A stretch of 64,000 nucleotides of DNA, from assembly GCA_965203175.1 (NCBI GenBank), contig OZ241867.1:5024001-5088000 (forward strand), written 5' to 3'. Made by a program: the position numbers and the translations under genes. Position 1 is the stretch's first letter, and each line of letters starts with the position of its first letter. A model generated the notes under the pieces. It saw only the letters and a program-made list of their open reading frames with translations, did not search any database and was not told where the DNA came from. Below, piece after piece: positions 38,406 to 47,368 of this stretch. Source of the stretch: Candidatus Latescibacterota bacterium (GTDB lineage: Bacteria > Latescibacterota > UBA2968 > UBA8231).

Positions 38406-39890
38406 ATGGCACCGCTTTCTCCCCGCGTCACCGCCACGCTAGCCAATGCTTCAGAGCGCCGTAGCATCGCCTTCGAGTACCAGCAAACACCCATCTACTA
38501 TAAGCCCGTCACCATCGAAGTCCCCCTCGGCGAAGCGGTAGAACTGCCGTTTACTGAAGCGCAAATGGCTTCGGTCAAGCTCGACGATGAAGTCAAGCTC
38601 TTCTTGGAACCGGGCGACCAGTTGCACATCGACGCGGACTTGCTCGATCTGCCCCAATCTCTTCGCTTTTCTGGCCAAGGCGCGGCCAACAACCAGTTCC
38701 TCGCCTCCCTGCGGTCTCGCTTCTCCGATTCCCTGCGCATCGACTACAAAGACTTGGAGGCTGATGCCTTTCGCAAAATAATCGACCAGCGGCGCTTGGA
38801 ATTAGAATCCTTTTTGGACGAAGGTTGCAGCCAGTACCAACTCACTCCGGCTTTCGTCGATTATTATCGCGCTGAAATCACCTATGAATGGGCCAATTTC
38901 ATAGTCTCCTATCCCACTAACTACATGTTCGCCAACGGAAGCAGAAACAAGAACCTCCCTGCGGACTATCACGATGCCCTCGATCAAGTCGACTTGGTTG
39001 ACGAAGCAGCTATTGGCACCACCCATTACCACCGTTTTCTGGAACGCAATTTCTGGCGTATAGAAGAAGAAGCCGAGACGCGAGCCTTCCGGGAACAACT
39101 ATCCGAGGAGCAACGCCGAGCCTTTATCCAACCCCACACCATCGCGTACCTGCCAGACTTCGTTGTGCGGTTGGACGAAGAGCAACGCCGAGGAGACTTA
39201 ATCCAACCCCATAATGTTGTCTACCATTTGGCCAAGCGGCTCTTGCACGGCAAAGTCCTGTACTTCTTTCTCGCCGGGGAAATCATCGACGACTTTCAAC
39301 AAGGCCGTTTTGACCAAGGCGAACAACGTCTAGCCGAATTCCTCCAAGACAACCCCTATCCCGCATACACCGAGGCCGTCGAGGAGGTCGTGCGAGAAAC
39401 CGCTCAGCTCAAACCCGGTCAGCCCGCGCCCGACTTCACCCTCGACGACCTGCAAGGCCGAAGCATCTCCCTGAGCGATTTTAGAGGCCAAGCGGTTTTC
39501 CTGGACTTTTGGGCGAGTTGGTGCGGTCCCTGCATCGGGGCAGTACCCCATCTGGAAGAGCTCAAACAGCGGGCCCGCGACCAGAAGGTGGTCTTTTTGA
39601 ACATTTCTTTGGACTCTGCCGACGAGTGGCACCAAGCGGTGGAGGAGCACGGCCTGACTGGCGTCCACGTCCACGCCCCAGGCGGCTGGCGGGCGGCGGT
39701 GGCTCAGTTGTACCAGGTCCGGAGCATACCCTCCTATTTCCTGGTGGGGCCAGACGGCCGGATGGACGGCCGCGTCAACCATATCTCCGATGTCTATATC
39801 GAGGAGGTAGTCGCCCGCATTGAGGAGGTGCTCTCTGGTAAGGTGCCGTCGTCAACAAGCGGACAATCGGGGATAATTATCAAGAGATAG
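38406..39890 (+). CDS. TlpA-like thioredoxin-domain protein, copy 3
   Basis: Paralogue. Active site LDFWASWCGPC. Confidence 0.9.
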   Translation: MAPLSPRVTATLANASERRSIAFEYQQTPIYYKPVTIEVPLGEAVELPFTEAQMASVKLDDEVKLFLEPGDQLHIDADLLDLPQSLRFSGQGAANNQFLASLRSRFSDSLRIDYKDLEADAFRKIIDQRRLELESFLDEGCSQYQLTPAFVDYYRAEITYEWANFIVSYPTNYMFANGSRNKNLPADYHDALDQVDLVDEAAIGTTHYHRFLERNFWRIEEEAETRAFREQLSEEQRRAFIQPHTIAYLPDFVVRLDEEQRRGDLIQPHNVVYHLAKRLLHGKVLYFFLAGEIIDDFQQGRFDQGEQRLAEFLQDNPYPAYTEAVEEVVRETAQLKPGQPAPDFTLDDLQGRSISLSDFRGQAVFLDFWASWCGPCIGAVPHLEELKQRARDQKVVFLNISLDSADEWHQAVEEHGLTGVHVHAPGGWRAAVAQLYQVRSIPSYFLVGPDGRMDGRVNHISDVYIEEVVARIEEVLSGKVPSSTSGQSGIIIKR

Positions 39891-39913
39891 CCGCATTGGC
39901 CTGCCTCGAGAAC

Positions 39914-39950
39914 ACGCCTTTTGCAGGCGGGCTTGGCTGATAGATTTTTT
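39914..39950. repeat. 37 bp direct repeat (partner 41426-41462)
   Basis: acgccttttgcagg(c/t)gggcttg(g/t)ctgatagatttttt, two mismatches. Confidence 0.9.
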
Positions 39951-39959
39951 CGGTCCATT

Positions 39960-40320
39960 AACTGTTGCAAGATGCGACAATGTCGCAAATCAGCATATCC
40001 CGCCAAATTTTCCAACAAAACCATTCCATAAGCCGCACAGTTTCAAATAATTAGCTTCTTTCTGCTCTCCTTCAGGGCCGTTTGATCGTTGCATTATGCG
40101 TCATCGTGGGATTTCATTAAGGACCGTATATGGTTTATTTGGTCCATATATAATCCTTAATTTAATTTAGACCATATATGGCCCTATATCCCGACTAAAA
40201 ATACCTCAAAATGAGTACTTCATATTGTAATATTTTCATTGACATTTTTTACTCCTTCGATATTAGTTTAACGTGATGCCGCTTAACCCGAACTCACGTT
40301 GCATTAAGATGTAGGATTAA
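39960..40320 (+). promoter_or_regulatory. AT-rich regulatory region with palindromes and a TTGACA box
   Basis: TGCGACA-A-TGTCGCA at 39973-39987. CCATATATGG-like sites at 40123-40134, 40143-40154 and 40171-40182. TTGACA at 40239-40244. Confidence 0.6.
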
Positions 40321-40367
40321 GCATGTCTTTCCCATGTCATTCATACCTATCAAAAAAGGAAATCATC

Positions 40368-41399
40368 GTGAAGCATCTGACCGCAGCACTCGTCTTGGGG
40401 CTGGCCGGCCTCTTTATCGCCCCCTATCCCGCCGTAGCGCAATCCCCGGAGACAATCGCCAGCGAGGTGGTGGATCGGGAAACCCTGCAGGCTTTTGTCG
40501 AAGGCGCAAAAGCACAGTTGGAATCTATTACTGATCCCAACGACATCTCGCCATTTATTACCAGTCTTGGTACTGAGGGCGATTTCAAGCACGGGAACAC
40601 ATACCTCATCCTATTATACCCACATGGCACGGTGTATTTTCACGCCGGCGATGCGTACGCACAGGGCATAAACCTGCTCGACATGGAAGACGACCGAGGC
40701 AATAATGTTGTACATGCCCTCATCGAAGCCGCGAATGCCGGCGGCGGTTTTGTCGAGTATTATTGGGACGATCCCGCCCAAGAGGGCGACGAGGACACCC
40801 CCAAAATCGCCTACATCACCAACTTCGCCGACGGCATAATCGAACATCCGATAGCCCTAATCGGCGGCTATCATCAGGCTATCGCTCCTATTCCCCAAGT
40901 TACAGCCGCCGATGTGGTAGGTCGGGAGACGCTCAAGGCTTTTGTGCAGGGGACCTTAGAGAGCTATCTCACTGCCATGGAACAAATCGGGCTCGAACAG
41001 CTCCTGCAACATCAGGAAATCTTCAGGAAAGAAGGCGGTCCCTGGAGGCAAGGCTCTATCTACTTCTTTTTGTTCTCCACGGACGGTTACGTGTTATTTC
41101 ACGGTGTCGATCGGTCGCTAGAGTTCAATAAGAGCGACCTCGATAAGACGGATGTAAACGGAGTTAAGTACCTCCGGGAACTTATCAGAGTCTCCAAGGC
41201 GGGCGGCGGTTTTGTTGAGTATTACTGGGACGATCCGACGGTGATCGGCGACGAAGACACTAGCTCGCCCAAAGTGAGCTACGCTGAGCTCTTTACGTTC
41301 CGAGATCAGGAGTATGTCATTGGTGCCGGGTTCTATACGGGATCCGCTTCTACGGCGGTTGAAGGACGGTCCTGGGGACAGCTCAAAAGTCGCTTTTAG
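40368..41399 (+). CDS. Secreted tandem Cache-domain protein with SWGQLK tail
   Basis: GTG at 40368 (MKHLTAALVLG) after AAGGA, two modules, ends TAVEGRSWGQLKSRF. Confidence 0.87.
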   Translation: MKHLTAALVLGLAGLFIAPYPAVAQSPETIASEVVDRETLQAFVEGAKAQLESITDPNDISPFITSLGTEGDFKHGNTYLILLYPHGTVYFHAGDAYAQGINLLDMEDDRGNNVVHALIEAANAGGGFVEYYWDDPAQEGDEDTPKIAYITNFADGIIEHPIALIGGYHQAIAPIPQVTAADVVGRETLKAFVQGTLESYLTAMEQIGLEQLLQHQEIFRKEGGPWRQGSIYFFLFSTDGYVLFHGVDRSLEFNKSDLDKTDVNGVKYLRELIRVSKAGGGFVEYYWDDPTVIGDEDTSSPKVSYAELFTFRDQEYVIGAGFYTGSASTAVEGRSWGQLKSRF

Positions 41400-41425
41400 C
41401 TAGTAGGACACGCACTACACGAAAT

Positions 41426-41462
41426 ACGCCTTTTGCAGGTGGGCTTGTCTGATAGATTTTTT
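41426..41462. repeat. 37 bp direct repeat, second copy
   Basis: Matches 39914-39950. Confidence 0.9.
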
Positions 41463-41524
41463 GCAGGGTCAGGTGTATCTTATTCCATATCATTCACATT
41501 CTCACCAAAAGAAAGGAAATCGTC

Positions 41525-42094
41525 ATGAAGTGTCTGCCAGCAGTACTCATTCTGGCACTGGCCACCCTCCTTCCCGCCGCGCATCCCGCCATCGCCCAAG
41601 ACCCGGAGGTAACGGCCGCCGATGTAGTGGACCGAGAAACCCTAAAGGCCTTTGTTCTCGCAGCGGCGGCGCACGCGGATAAAGCCACGAGCCTTGCCGA
41701 GTACCTAGCTGTCTTGCAGGAATTCAGAACCGAAGGACCTTGGAAGCAGGGGTCCATCTACCTCTTTGTTTTTACCACGGATGGCACCTTTCTACTCCAC
41801 GGAGATAATCCAGCTCTCGAGGGCCAAAACATGATCGACCTCGAAGACGCCAACGGAGTCAAAATTCTCCAAGAGCTCATCGCCGTGGCGGCTGAGGGAG
41901 GCGGCTACGTCGAGTATCTTTGGCCCGATCCAGCGGTAGAAGGGGACGAAGAAACCGGCTCGCCTAAAGTGAGCTACGGCATCCCCTATTCCGCCCTCGG
42001 TCAAGATTTCGTCTTGGGCTCTGGCTTTTATCCGGGAACCGCTGCTACGGCGGTTGAGGACCAGTCCTGGGGACAGCTCAAAAGTCGCTTTTAG
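41525..42094 (+). CDS. Secreted single Cache-domain protein with SWGQLK tail
   Basis: Signal peptide, one module, ends TAVEDQSWGQLKSRF. Confidence 0.87.
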   Translation: MKCLPAVLILALATLLPAAHPAIAQDPEVTAADVVDRETLKAFVLAAAAHADKATSLAEYLAVLQEFRTEGPWKQGSIYLFVFTTDGTFLLHGDNPALEGQNMIDLEDANGVKILQELIAVAAEGGGYVEYLWPDPAVEGDEETGSPKVSYGIPYSALGQDFVLGSGFYPGTAATAVEDQSWGQLKSRF

Positions 42095-42130
42095 ACGCGA
42101 TCGCACTTGAACGAGCGATAAGCAACTGAA

Positions 42131-42162
42131 TGGGGGGCATCCGGCCTGCGGATAGCCCCCCA
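42131..42162. terminator. Hairpin between convergent genes (probable terminator)
   Basis: TGGGGGGC-ATCCG-GCCTG-CGGAT-A-GCCCCCCA. Confidence 0.65.
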
Positions 42163-42205
42163 ATATTTGTTGTGAGATAGTGCGCCCCGGACTTCTAAAC
42201 GACAT

Positions 42206-44149
42206 TCAATAGTAGACTAGGATATTGCCCTGCATACCAGTGATACCATCAATCGCAAACCAGAGTCCACCCGCGGTTACATTGCCCAAGATCAACCCTA
42301 GGAAAAACGGCTGGAGCCGCTGATACAAACTCGGCCCCCCGTACTTCAACACCACATTCTTGAGCGCCCACACCAGGAAAATACTCAGCCAGATCTGACT
42401 GGCTACGGCCGTCGTAGCAATGGGAAAGCCGACCGGGTGCAGAGGCCACCACAACAGGAAGTGCCGCGCCACCATCAGCCCCACCATGATGATTGCGCCC
42501 ACCAGCATGTAGAACCACCCTTCCCAGTTCACAGTCGTCGGATTGTCGATCCAGCCAGCCACGTCCCCGAAGGGATTTTGCGCCCCCACAAAAAAATACT
42601 GGTTGAGGTTGATGCCACCGTACGTGTAGGCTTGGTGCAGTAAAAACCAGTTCGATGCCAGCAGACTAATCACCAGCGATAAAGCCAAAGCCCAAAACAG
42701 CCGACGCCGATTCAGTCCCCCACTGTGGAGCTCGCCGTCAATTTTCAGCACATTGGCGCACGCGGCCATGGCGAATATGCGCACCTTCAAAATCCAGCCG
42801 TACGTCATCCCCAAGGCGACTAAACCCTCCGACCCAATCGCCGTCGTCCCCACAGTCGAAGTCATGAGCGGCTGGGGATAAATGGGAGCGCGAATGGTTG
42901 CCAACCCAGCTTCGGCGACAAAGCGAGTCAACCCCACAAAGAGCACGAACGCCACGAACAAGAACCAAAATACCAGCCAGCCCGGCAGCCCAGAGCGCTC
43001 GAGCCACACGCCCAGTACCACCATGCCAACCAAAGTGCCGAACACGGCCGTGCGATACGAGAGCATCTCCGTGGAGTCGTCCACCGTTGGATCGCCCCGA
43101 AAGGCTTTGCGACACACCGCTCGCAAATGGTCTCGGGCCACCCACAGGCTGAAGAGCACAAAGGCGATCAATGCCCCCATGCCCTCGTGCGCCGGGATCG
43201 CGGCTGACGTGCTATAGCCGGTCATCCGCTCAGTCATAGCAATCCCCAGAACCCCAAAAGCGCCCTGCTGTACTGTCAGCAGCAAAAAGAAAACCCAGAT
43301 TCCCAAAAGCACCTGTAAATTGACGAAATAGGCAAAGCCCAGGCTCATAAAACTGAGGCCGATGGGTAGAACTAAGGTATTGCGAAAGAGGGGCAGACTG
43401 GTCTCCAAGGCGATTGCGGGGATGTAATTGTAGTAGCTGTGCAAGGCGTTCAAACTCAAAACGACGAACGGGAGCGAAAAACCCAACCACATCAGCGGAC
43501 GCCGAAAAAACGGCCCCCAAAGTCTTTTGCCCTCCCCTTCTGCAATCATCTCCAACGGCAGTTTCACCAGCGGATAGACCAAGCGTTCGTGCTCGACCCA
43601 CTGCCGGCGCAACACCACCATCATGCACAGCATCACGAAACACAGCACTAAAAAGAAAAAACCCCAATAACTTAGCGGTTGTATCCATACTCCCCAGGGA
43701 ATGGGCTCGCCCAGCGGCAGGCCCTCAAAAAAATGGCGCACGGCCTCCTCGTCCTGGGGCGCGATCCACTCTTTGAGATGCGGATGGATCAGCTCGGCCC
43801 ACTCGTTTTCCGGCGTGGCGTAGTACAGCACGCTGGCGATCTTGGGGACCATGTGCTCGACGTACCCTTCTGTCGGCACGGTGGCCGCCATCATCGTCAT
43901 GATGAATACCACCCCTAGCTCTGCCCGGCTTAAACCCAACCGATGATAAAGTCTGGAGAGCAAAGGATGGAGGATGGCGACGAAGAGGAAAAAGACGAAT
44001 AAGGCGATGGGCACGCTGATGTTGAGAGCCATCCACGAGGCGTTGATAAAGGTACTGTGCAAGGCCCCCAAGCTGGTGACCAGCGACAATGTGCACCCCC
44101 AAACCACAGCCTTCGCCGTCAAACCCGAGGCTTGAGGCGGTGTCTGCAT
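42206..44149 (-). CDS. DUF6785/DUF6784-type polytopic membrane protein (putative permease), copy 1
   Basis: ATG at 44149 (MQTPPQ). YYATPENEW, LRRQWVEHERLVYPL, WWPLHPVG, KYGG..LY...PFFLGL. Many TM helices. Confidence 0.8.
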   Translation of the reverse strand: MQTPPQASGLTAKAVVWGCTLSLVTSLGALHSTFINASWMALNISVPIALFVFFLFVAILHPLLSRLYHRLGLSRAELGVVFIMTMMAATVPTEGYVEHMVPKIASVLYYATPENEWAELIHPHLKEWIAPQDEEAVRHFFEGLPLGEPIPWGVWIQPLSYWGFFFLVLCFVMLCMMVVLRRQWVEHERLVYPLVKLPLEMIAEGEGKRLWGPFFRRPLMWLGFSLPFVVLSLNALHSYYNYIPAIALETSLPLFRNTLVLPIGLSFMSLGFAYFVNLQVLLGIWVFFLLLTVQQGAFGVLGIAMTERMTGYSTSAAIPAHEGMGALIAFVLFSLWVARDHLRAVCRKAFRGDPTVDDSTEMLSYRTAVFGTLVGMVVLGVWLERSGLPGWLVFWFLFVAFVLFVGLTRFVAEAGLATIRAPIYPQPLMTSTVGTTAIGSEGLVALGMTYGWILKVRIFAMAACANVLKIDGELHSGGLNRRRLFWALALSLVISLLASNWFLLHQAYTYGGINLNQYFFVGAQNPFGDVAGWIDNPTTVNWEGWFYMLVGAIIMVGLMVARHFLLWWPLHPVGFPIATTAVASQIWLSIFLVWALKNVVLKYGGPSLYQRLQPFFLGLILGNVTAGGLWFAIDGITGMQGNILVYY

Positions 44150-44169
44150 TGTTCCCTGGGCCGCTGTAC

Positions 44170-45957
44170 TCAACGTTCCCGCCTCTCTTTGATCGACAGA
44201 ACCTGATTGACGGGGACATCTTCGATGCGCTGGACCGTCCCACTGGTCCAACGCACTTCGACCAAATCGACGCGCTGCTTGGTACCCAGCCCGAAGTGCA
44301 GTCGCGGATCGCTGATCGACAGATAGCTAGAGCCGCTGCGCACCTGCCGCACCTGGACCAAGTCGCCGGCGACCACTTTCACTTGGGCACCCACGCCGTC
44401 TCGATTGCTGCGGGTGCCTTCGGTCCGCACCATCAACCAGTTGTGCGCATTGCCTCCCTCATTGCGGACTAGTTTGGCCGGACCGCCGCCATTGGTCGCC
44501 AGGATATCGATATCCCCATCCTCGTCGTAGTCGCCAAAAGCCGTACCCCTACCAACCTGTGCGACGGCGAACCAAGGGCCCGAGCTAGTGTCCGCCAAAG
44601 CGAAGTGCCCCCTTCCATCGTTGAGAAAAAGCTGGTGCTCTTGGGCGTATTCCACGCCGGACTGGAACAGGGCGATCTTGTCGAGGACATGGCCATTGGC
44701 CACGTATAGGTCGAGATCGCCATCGTTGTCGTAGTCGAGGAAATTCGTGCCAAAGCCCAGAAAACGCCAACTTGGCCGCCCCAAGCCGACGGCCTCTGTC
44801 ACATCTTTGAAGCGACCTCCGTCGTTGCGGTAGAGCGTGTTGGTCTCGTGGGAGAAGTTGGTGACAAAGAGGTCGTAGTCGCCGTCGTTGTCGTAGTCGC
44901 CAAAGTCCACCCCCATGCAGGCTTCGTCGTCACCGTCGGCATTAAAGGCCGCGCCCACCTGCAGCGCGACATCGGTAAAGGTGCCGTCGCCATCGTTGCG
45001 GAAGAGATAGTTCTCCATACCGTCGTTGGCGACAAATACATCCTGGTCGCCATCGTCATCAAAGTCCCAAGCTACCACGCCCAGACCTTTACCGGCCAAA
45101 TCCGCAATGCCGGTTACGGCGGATACATCGGTAAAAGTGCCGTCGCCGTTGTTGTGGAAGAGCGCGTCGGGTACGCCTCCATAGTCGGAAGGCGCACAGT
45201 ACGAACGGGTGCGCTCGGTGATGGCCAATAACCCCAAAGGAGTCGTCCCCACAAAGCCGCCGCACACTTTATTAGTGGCGAACGTGAAATCGACGTTGTT
45301 GACCACGTACAGGTCGAGGTACCCATCGTCATCGTAGTCGAAAAAGGCCACACTCGAACTCCACTGCGGAGCCGCTACCCCAGCCCGATCCGTCACATTG
45401 GTAAAAGTACCGTCCCCTTCGTTGCGATACAGGACATTAGGGCCGTAGTTAGTCACGTACAGATCCTGGTCGCCGTCATTGTCGTAGTCGGCCACCGCGC
45501 AGCCCATGCCATAGCCCGTATCGTCGGCTCCGGATTCTCGGCTGATATCGGTGAAGGTGCCGTCGCCATCGTTGCGGTACAACACATTGGCAGCACGCCG
45601 ACCGCCGGCGTCGTCTAGCATTGAGAAGTCGATGGCTCCCGGCCCCGCGGATCTCACTTGGTCCGGTCGCTCGACCCAATAGGTCCCTCCCCGCCGGTGG
45701 TCGAGATTGATGGGCGCAGTTTGGATATCACCCAGATCAAAGCCATTGACGAGGTAAATATCCAAATCGCCGTCGCCATCGCTGTCGAAAAATCCTCCGC
45801 CAGCGCCGTACGTCTCGATCAAGAAATACGCCCCTGAAGCGCCGTCGATGTGGACAAAGTCGATCCCGGCCTGGGCGGTGACATCCCTAAAGAGCACGGG
45901 CGGTGGGGCTGTATCGCACCCTATGCACAGGCAAAGACCAACTAAAAGCGGTTTCAT
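44170..45957 (-). CDS. CRTAC1-like lipoprotein (FG-GAP repeats + ASPIC/UnbV)
   Basis: Repeated DYDNDGDxDLYV. C-terminal SNRDGVGA...GSSYLS...LHFGLG. Lipobox-like CIGC. Confidence 0.92.
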   Translation of the reverse strand: MKPLLVGLCLCIGCDTAPPPVLFRDVTAQAGIDFVHIDGASGAYFLIETYGAGGGFFDSDGDGDLDIYLVNGFDLGDIQTAPINLDHRRGGTYWVERPDQVRSAGPGAIDFSMLDDAGGRRAANVLYRNDGDGTFTDISRESGADDTGYGMGCAVADYDNDGDQDLYVTNYGPNVLYRNEGDGTFTNVTDRAGVAAPQWSSSVAFFDYDDDGYLDLYVVNNVDFTFATNKVCGGFVGTTPLGLLAITERTRSYCAPSDYGGVPDALFHNNGDGTFTDVSAVTGIADLAGKGLGVVAWDFDDDGDQDVFVANDGMENYLFRNDGDGTFTDVALQVGAAFNADGDDEACMGVDFGDYDNDGDYDLFVTNFSHETNTLYRNDGGRFKDVTEAVGLGRPSWRFLGFGTNFLDYDNDGDLDLYVANGHVLDKIALFQSGVEYAQEHQLFLNDGRGHFALADTSSGPWFAVAQVGRGTAFGDYDEDGDIDILATNGGGPAKLVRNEGGNAHNWLMVRTEGTRSNRDGVGAQVKVVAGDLVQVRQVRSGSSYLSISDPRLHFGLGTKQRVDLVEVRWTSGTVQRIEDVPVNQVLSIKERRER

Positions 45958-45980
45958 AGTTTCCGCTCATCGCCCGGGCA

Positions 45981-47312
45981 TCAAAACGACTCTGCGATCG
46001 ACTTTACCGAACCGTAGGCTCCCCACAGTCCCAGGGCGAACAACACGCCCATGAGGACGTTCTCCCACAGGCGATTCTTGTACTCTGCGCCGATGTACTC
46101 CGCCTTGGCGGTAATCCACCACAAGCCGCCCACGAGCAGCGGGATCAATACCACTAAGGCGGTGGCGGCGAAGACGGTCATGACGACAAAGCCCGGCATA
46201 CCGGGGGCAGTCCAGACGACCGGGGAAATCAGGCACCAGACTACGACCCACCGGTAACTCGGATGCGCTTGGTACGCCTGCAACTGGACCTCTGGACCGG
46301 CTCGCCAGCGCTGGTACCCGTGGGAACACAGGGCACCAAAACCAAGAGCTTGACCCACTAGGCCTGTGTAGAGGACGGCAAAGAGACCCAAATAGAACAA
46401 TAAACGGCCGCCCTCTCCGAGAATCGTGCTCAGCAGCCGGGGCAGATCCTCCATCTCTGCGATGGTCAAACCGCGAGGGTGGAGCACTTCGGCACCGAGG
46501 GTCCAGATCGCCAAGTCGAGGACGATAAGGACGACGATTCCCAACAGGAGATCGTAGAACTGCACGCGGCGAAACGCGGGCCCGATCCAGCCCTTTTGTT
46601 CCAAGAAGTAGGGATAGACCAGATTGGCCAGCGATCCGCCGATGGTCCCGATCAGCCCTATGGCTACTAGCAGCGAGCCAAAGGGACCGACCTGTTGGGG
46701 CAGGTCGAAAGCAAAGACGCCCTGCAAAATTTGGGTCGGAGAGGGACCAACCCACAGGGCCGCGCCCAAGAAGGAGACCGAGAGCAAACCCAACAGAACC
46801 TTGAAGAGCAACTCGAGGCGGCCGTACACCGGGCGGAAGACAATCGCCAGCGTCACCAGGTTCCAGAACAGGCCCCACAGCCAAACGTGCCCGATGCCCG
46901 TCACATTGACCGAGATTTCGCCGATCCCCACAATGAGGTACGCGCCCTGGATGTGTCCTATGACGACGCCCATCAGCGCCAAGAAGGGGGGATACCAAGG
47001 ATGCAGACGGCCCAGCCCATCCAAGACTCCCTCGCCCCGCTGGTTGCACAATTGGTACTTGGCAATCAGGGATACGAACAGGAAGCGCACCACCAGCGCC
47101 AGCGCCAGAACCCACATCAGCGCGTACCCGTAGTTGCCACCGGCCACGGCCGACTCGACCACGTCGCCAGCGCCCATCCAGGTCATCGCGATGACTATGC
47201 CCGGCCCAAAAGAGCGCAGGTACTGAAAAAAGGTCCGGGGCACCTGTGGAGCCGGTGCGCCAGTGGTTTCAGAAGAAGGTGATTTGTTCATCGGATTCAC
47301 CTTGAAGTCCAC
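45981..47312 (-). CDS. NRAMP-like (YcsG-type) APC-superfamily transporter
   Basis: GPGIVIAMTWMGAGD, YGYALMW, ~11 TM helices. Canonical DPGN motif absent. Confidence 0.8.
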   Translation of the reverse strand: MDFKVNPMNKSPSSETTGAPAPQVPRTFFQYLRSFGPGIVIAMTWMGAGDVVESAVAGGNYGYALMWVLALALVVRFLFVSLIAKYQLCNQRGEGVLDGLGRLHPWYPPFLALMGVVIGHIQGAYLIVGIGEISVNVTGIGHVWLWGLFWNLVTLAIVFRPVYGRLELLFKVLLGLLSVSFLGAALWVGPSPTQILQGVFAFDLPQQVGPFGSLLVAIGLIGTIGGSLANLVYPYFLEQKGWIGPAFRRVQFYDLLLGIVVLIVLDLAIWTLGAEVLHPRGLTIAEMEDLPRLLSTILGEGGRLLFYLGLFAVLYTGLVGQALGFGALCSHGYQRWRAGPEVQLQAYQAHPSYRWVVVWCLISPVVWTAPGMPGFVVMTVFAATALVVLIPLLVGGLWWITAKAEYIGAEYKNRLWENVLMGVLFALGLWGAYGSVKSIAESF

Positions 47313-47368
47313 GAGGAAATTCGCTCTGTAACCCGCAGGTAAGCGAGGGGTGCGTAATCGTCCTATGA

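Noticed and set aside
32601-42094. Co-oriented gene array as an integron cassette array or CRISPR
   Set aside because: No integrase, no proper attC (RYYYAAC...GTTRRRY) sites and no regularly spaced repeats. The similarity comes from paralogous coding sequence.
45967-47115. Long alternative-frame or antisense ORFs (also 53422-54384, 54166-55164, 29759-30652, 51529-52440)
   Set aside because: Shadow ORFs with no recognisable motifs, typical of high-GC coding DNA.
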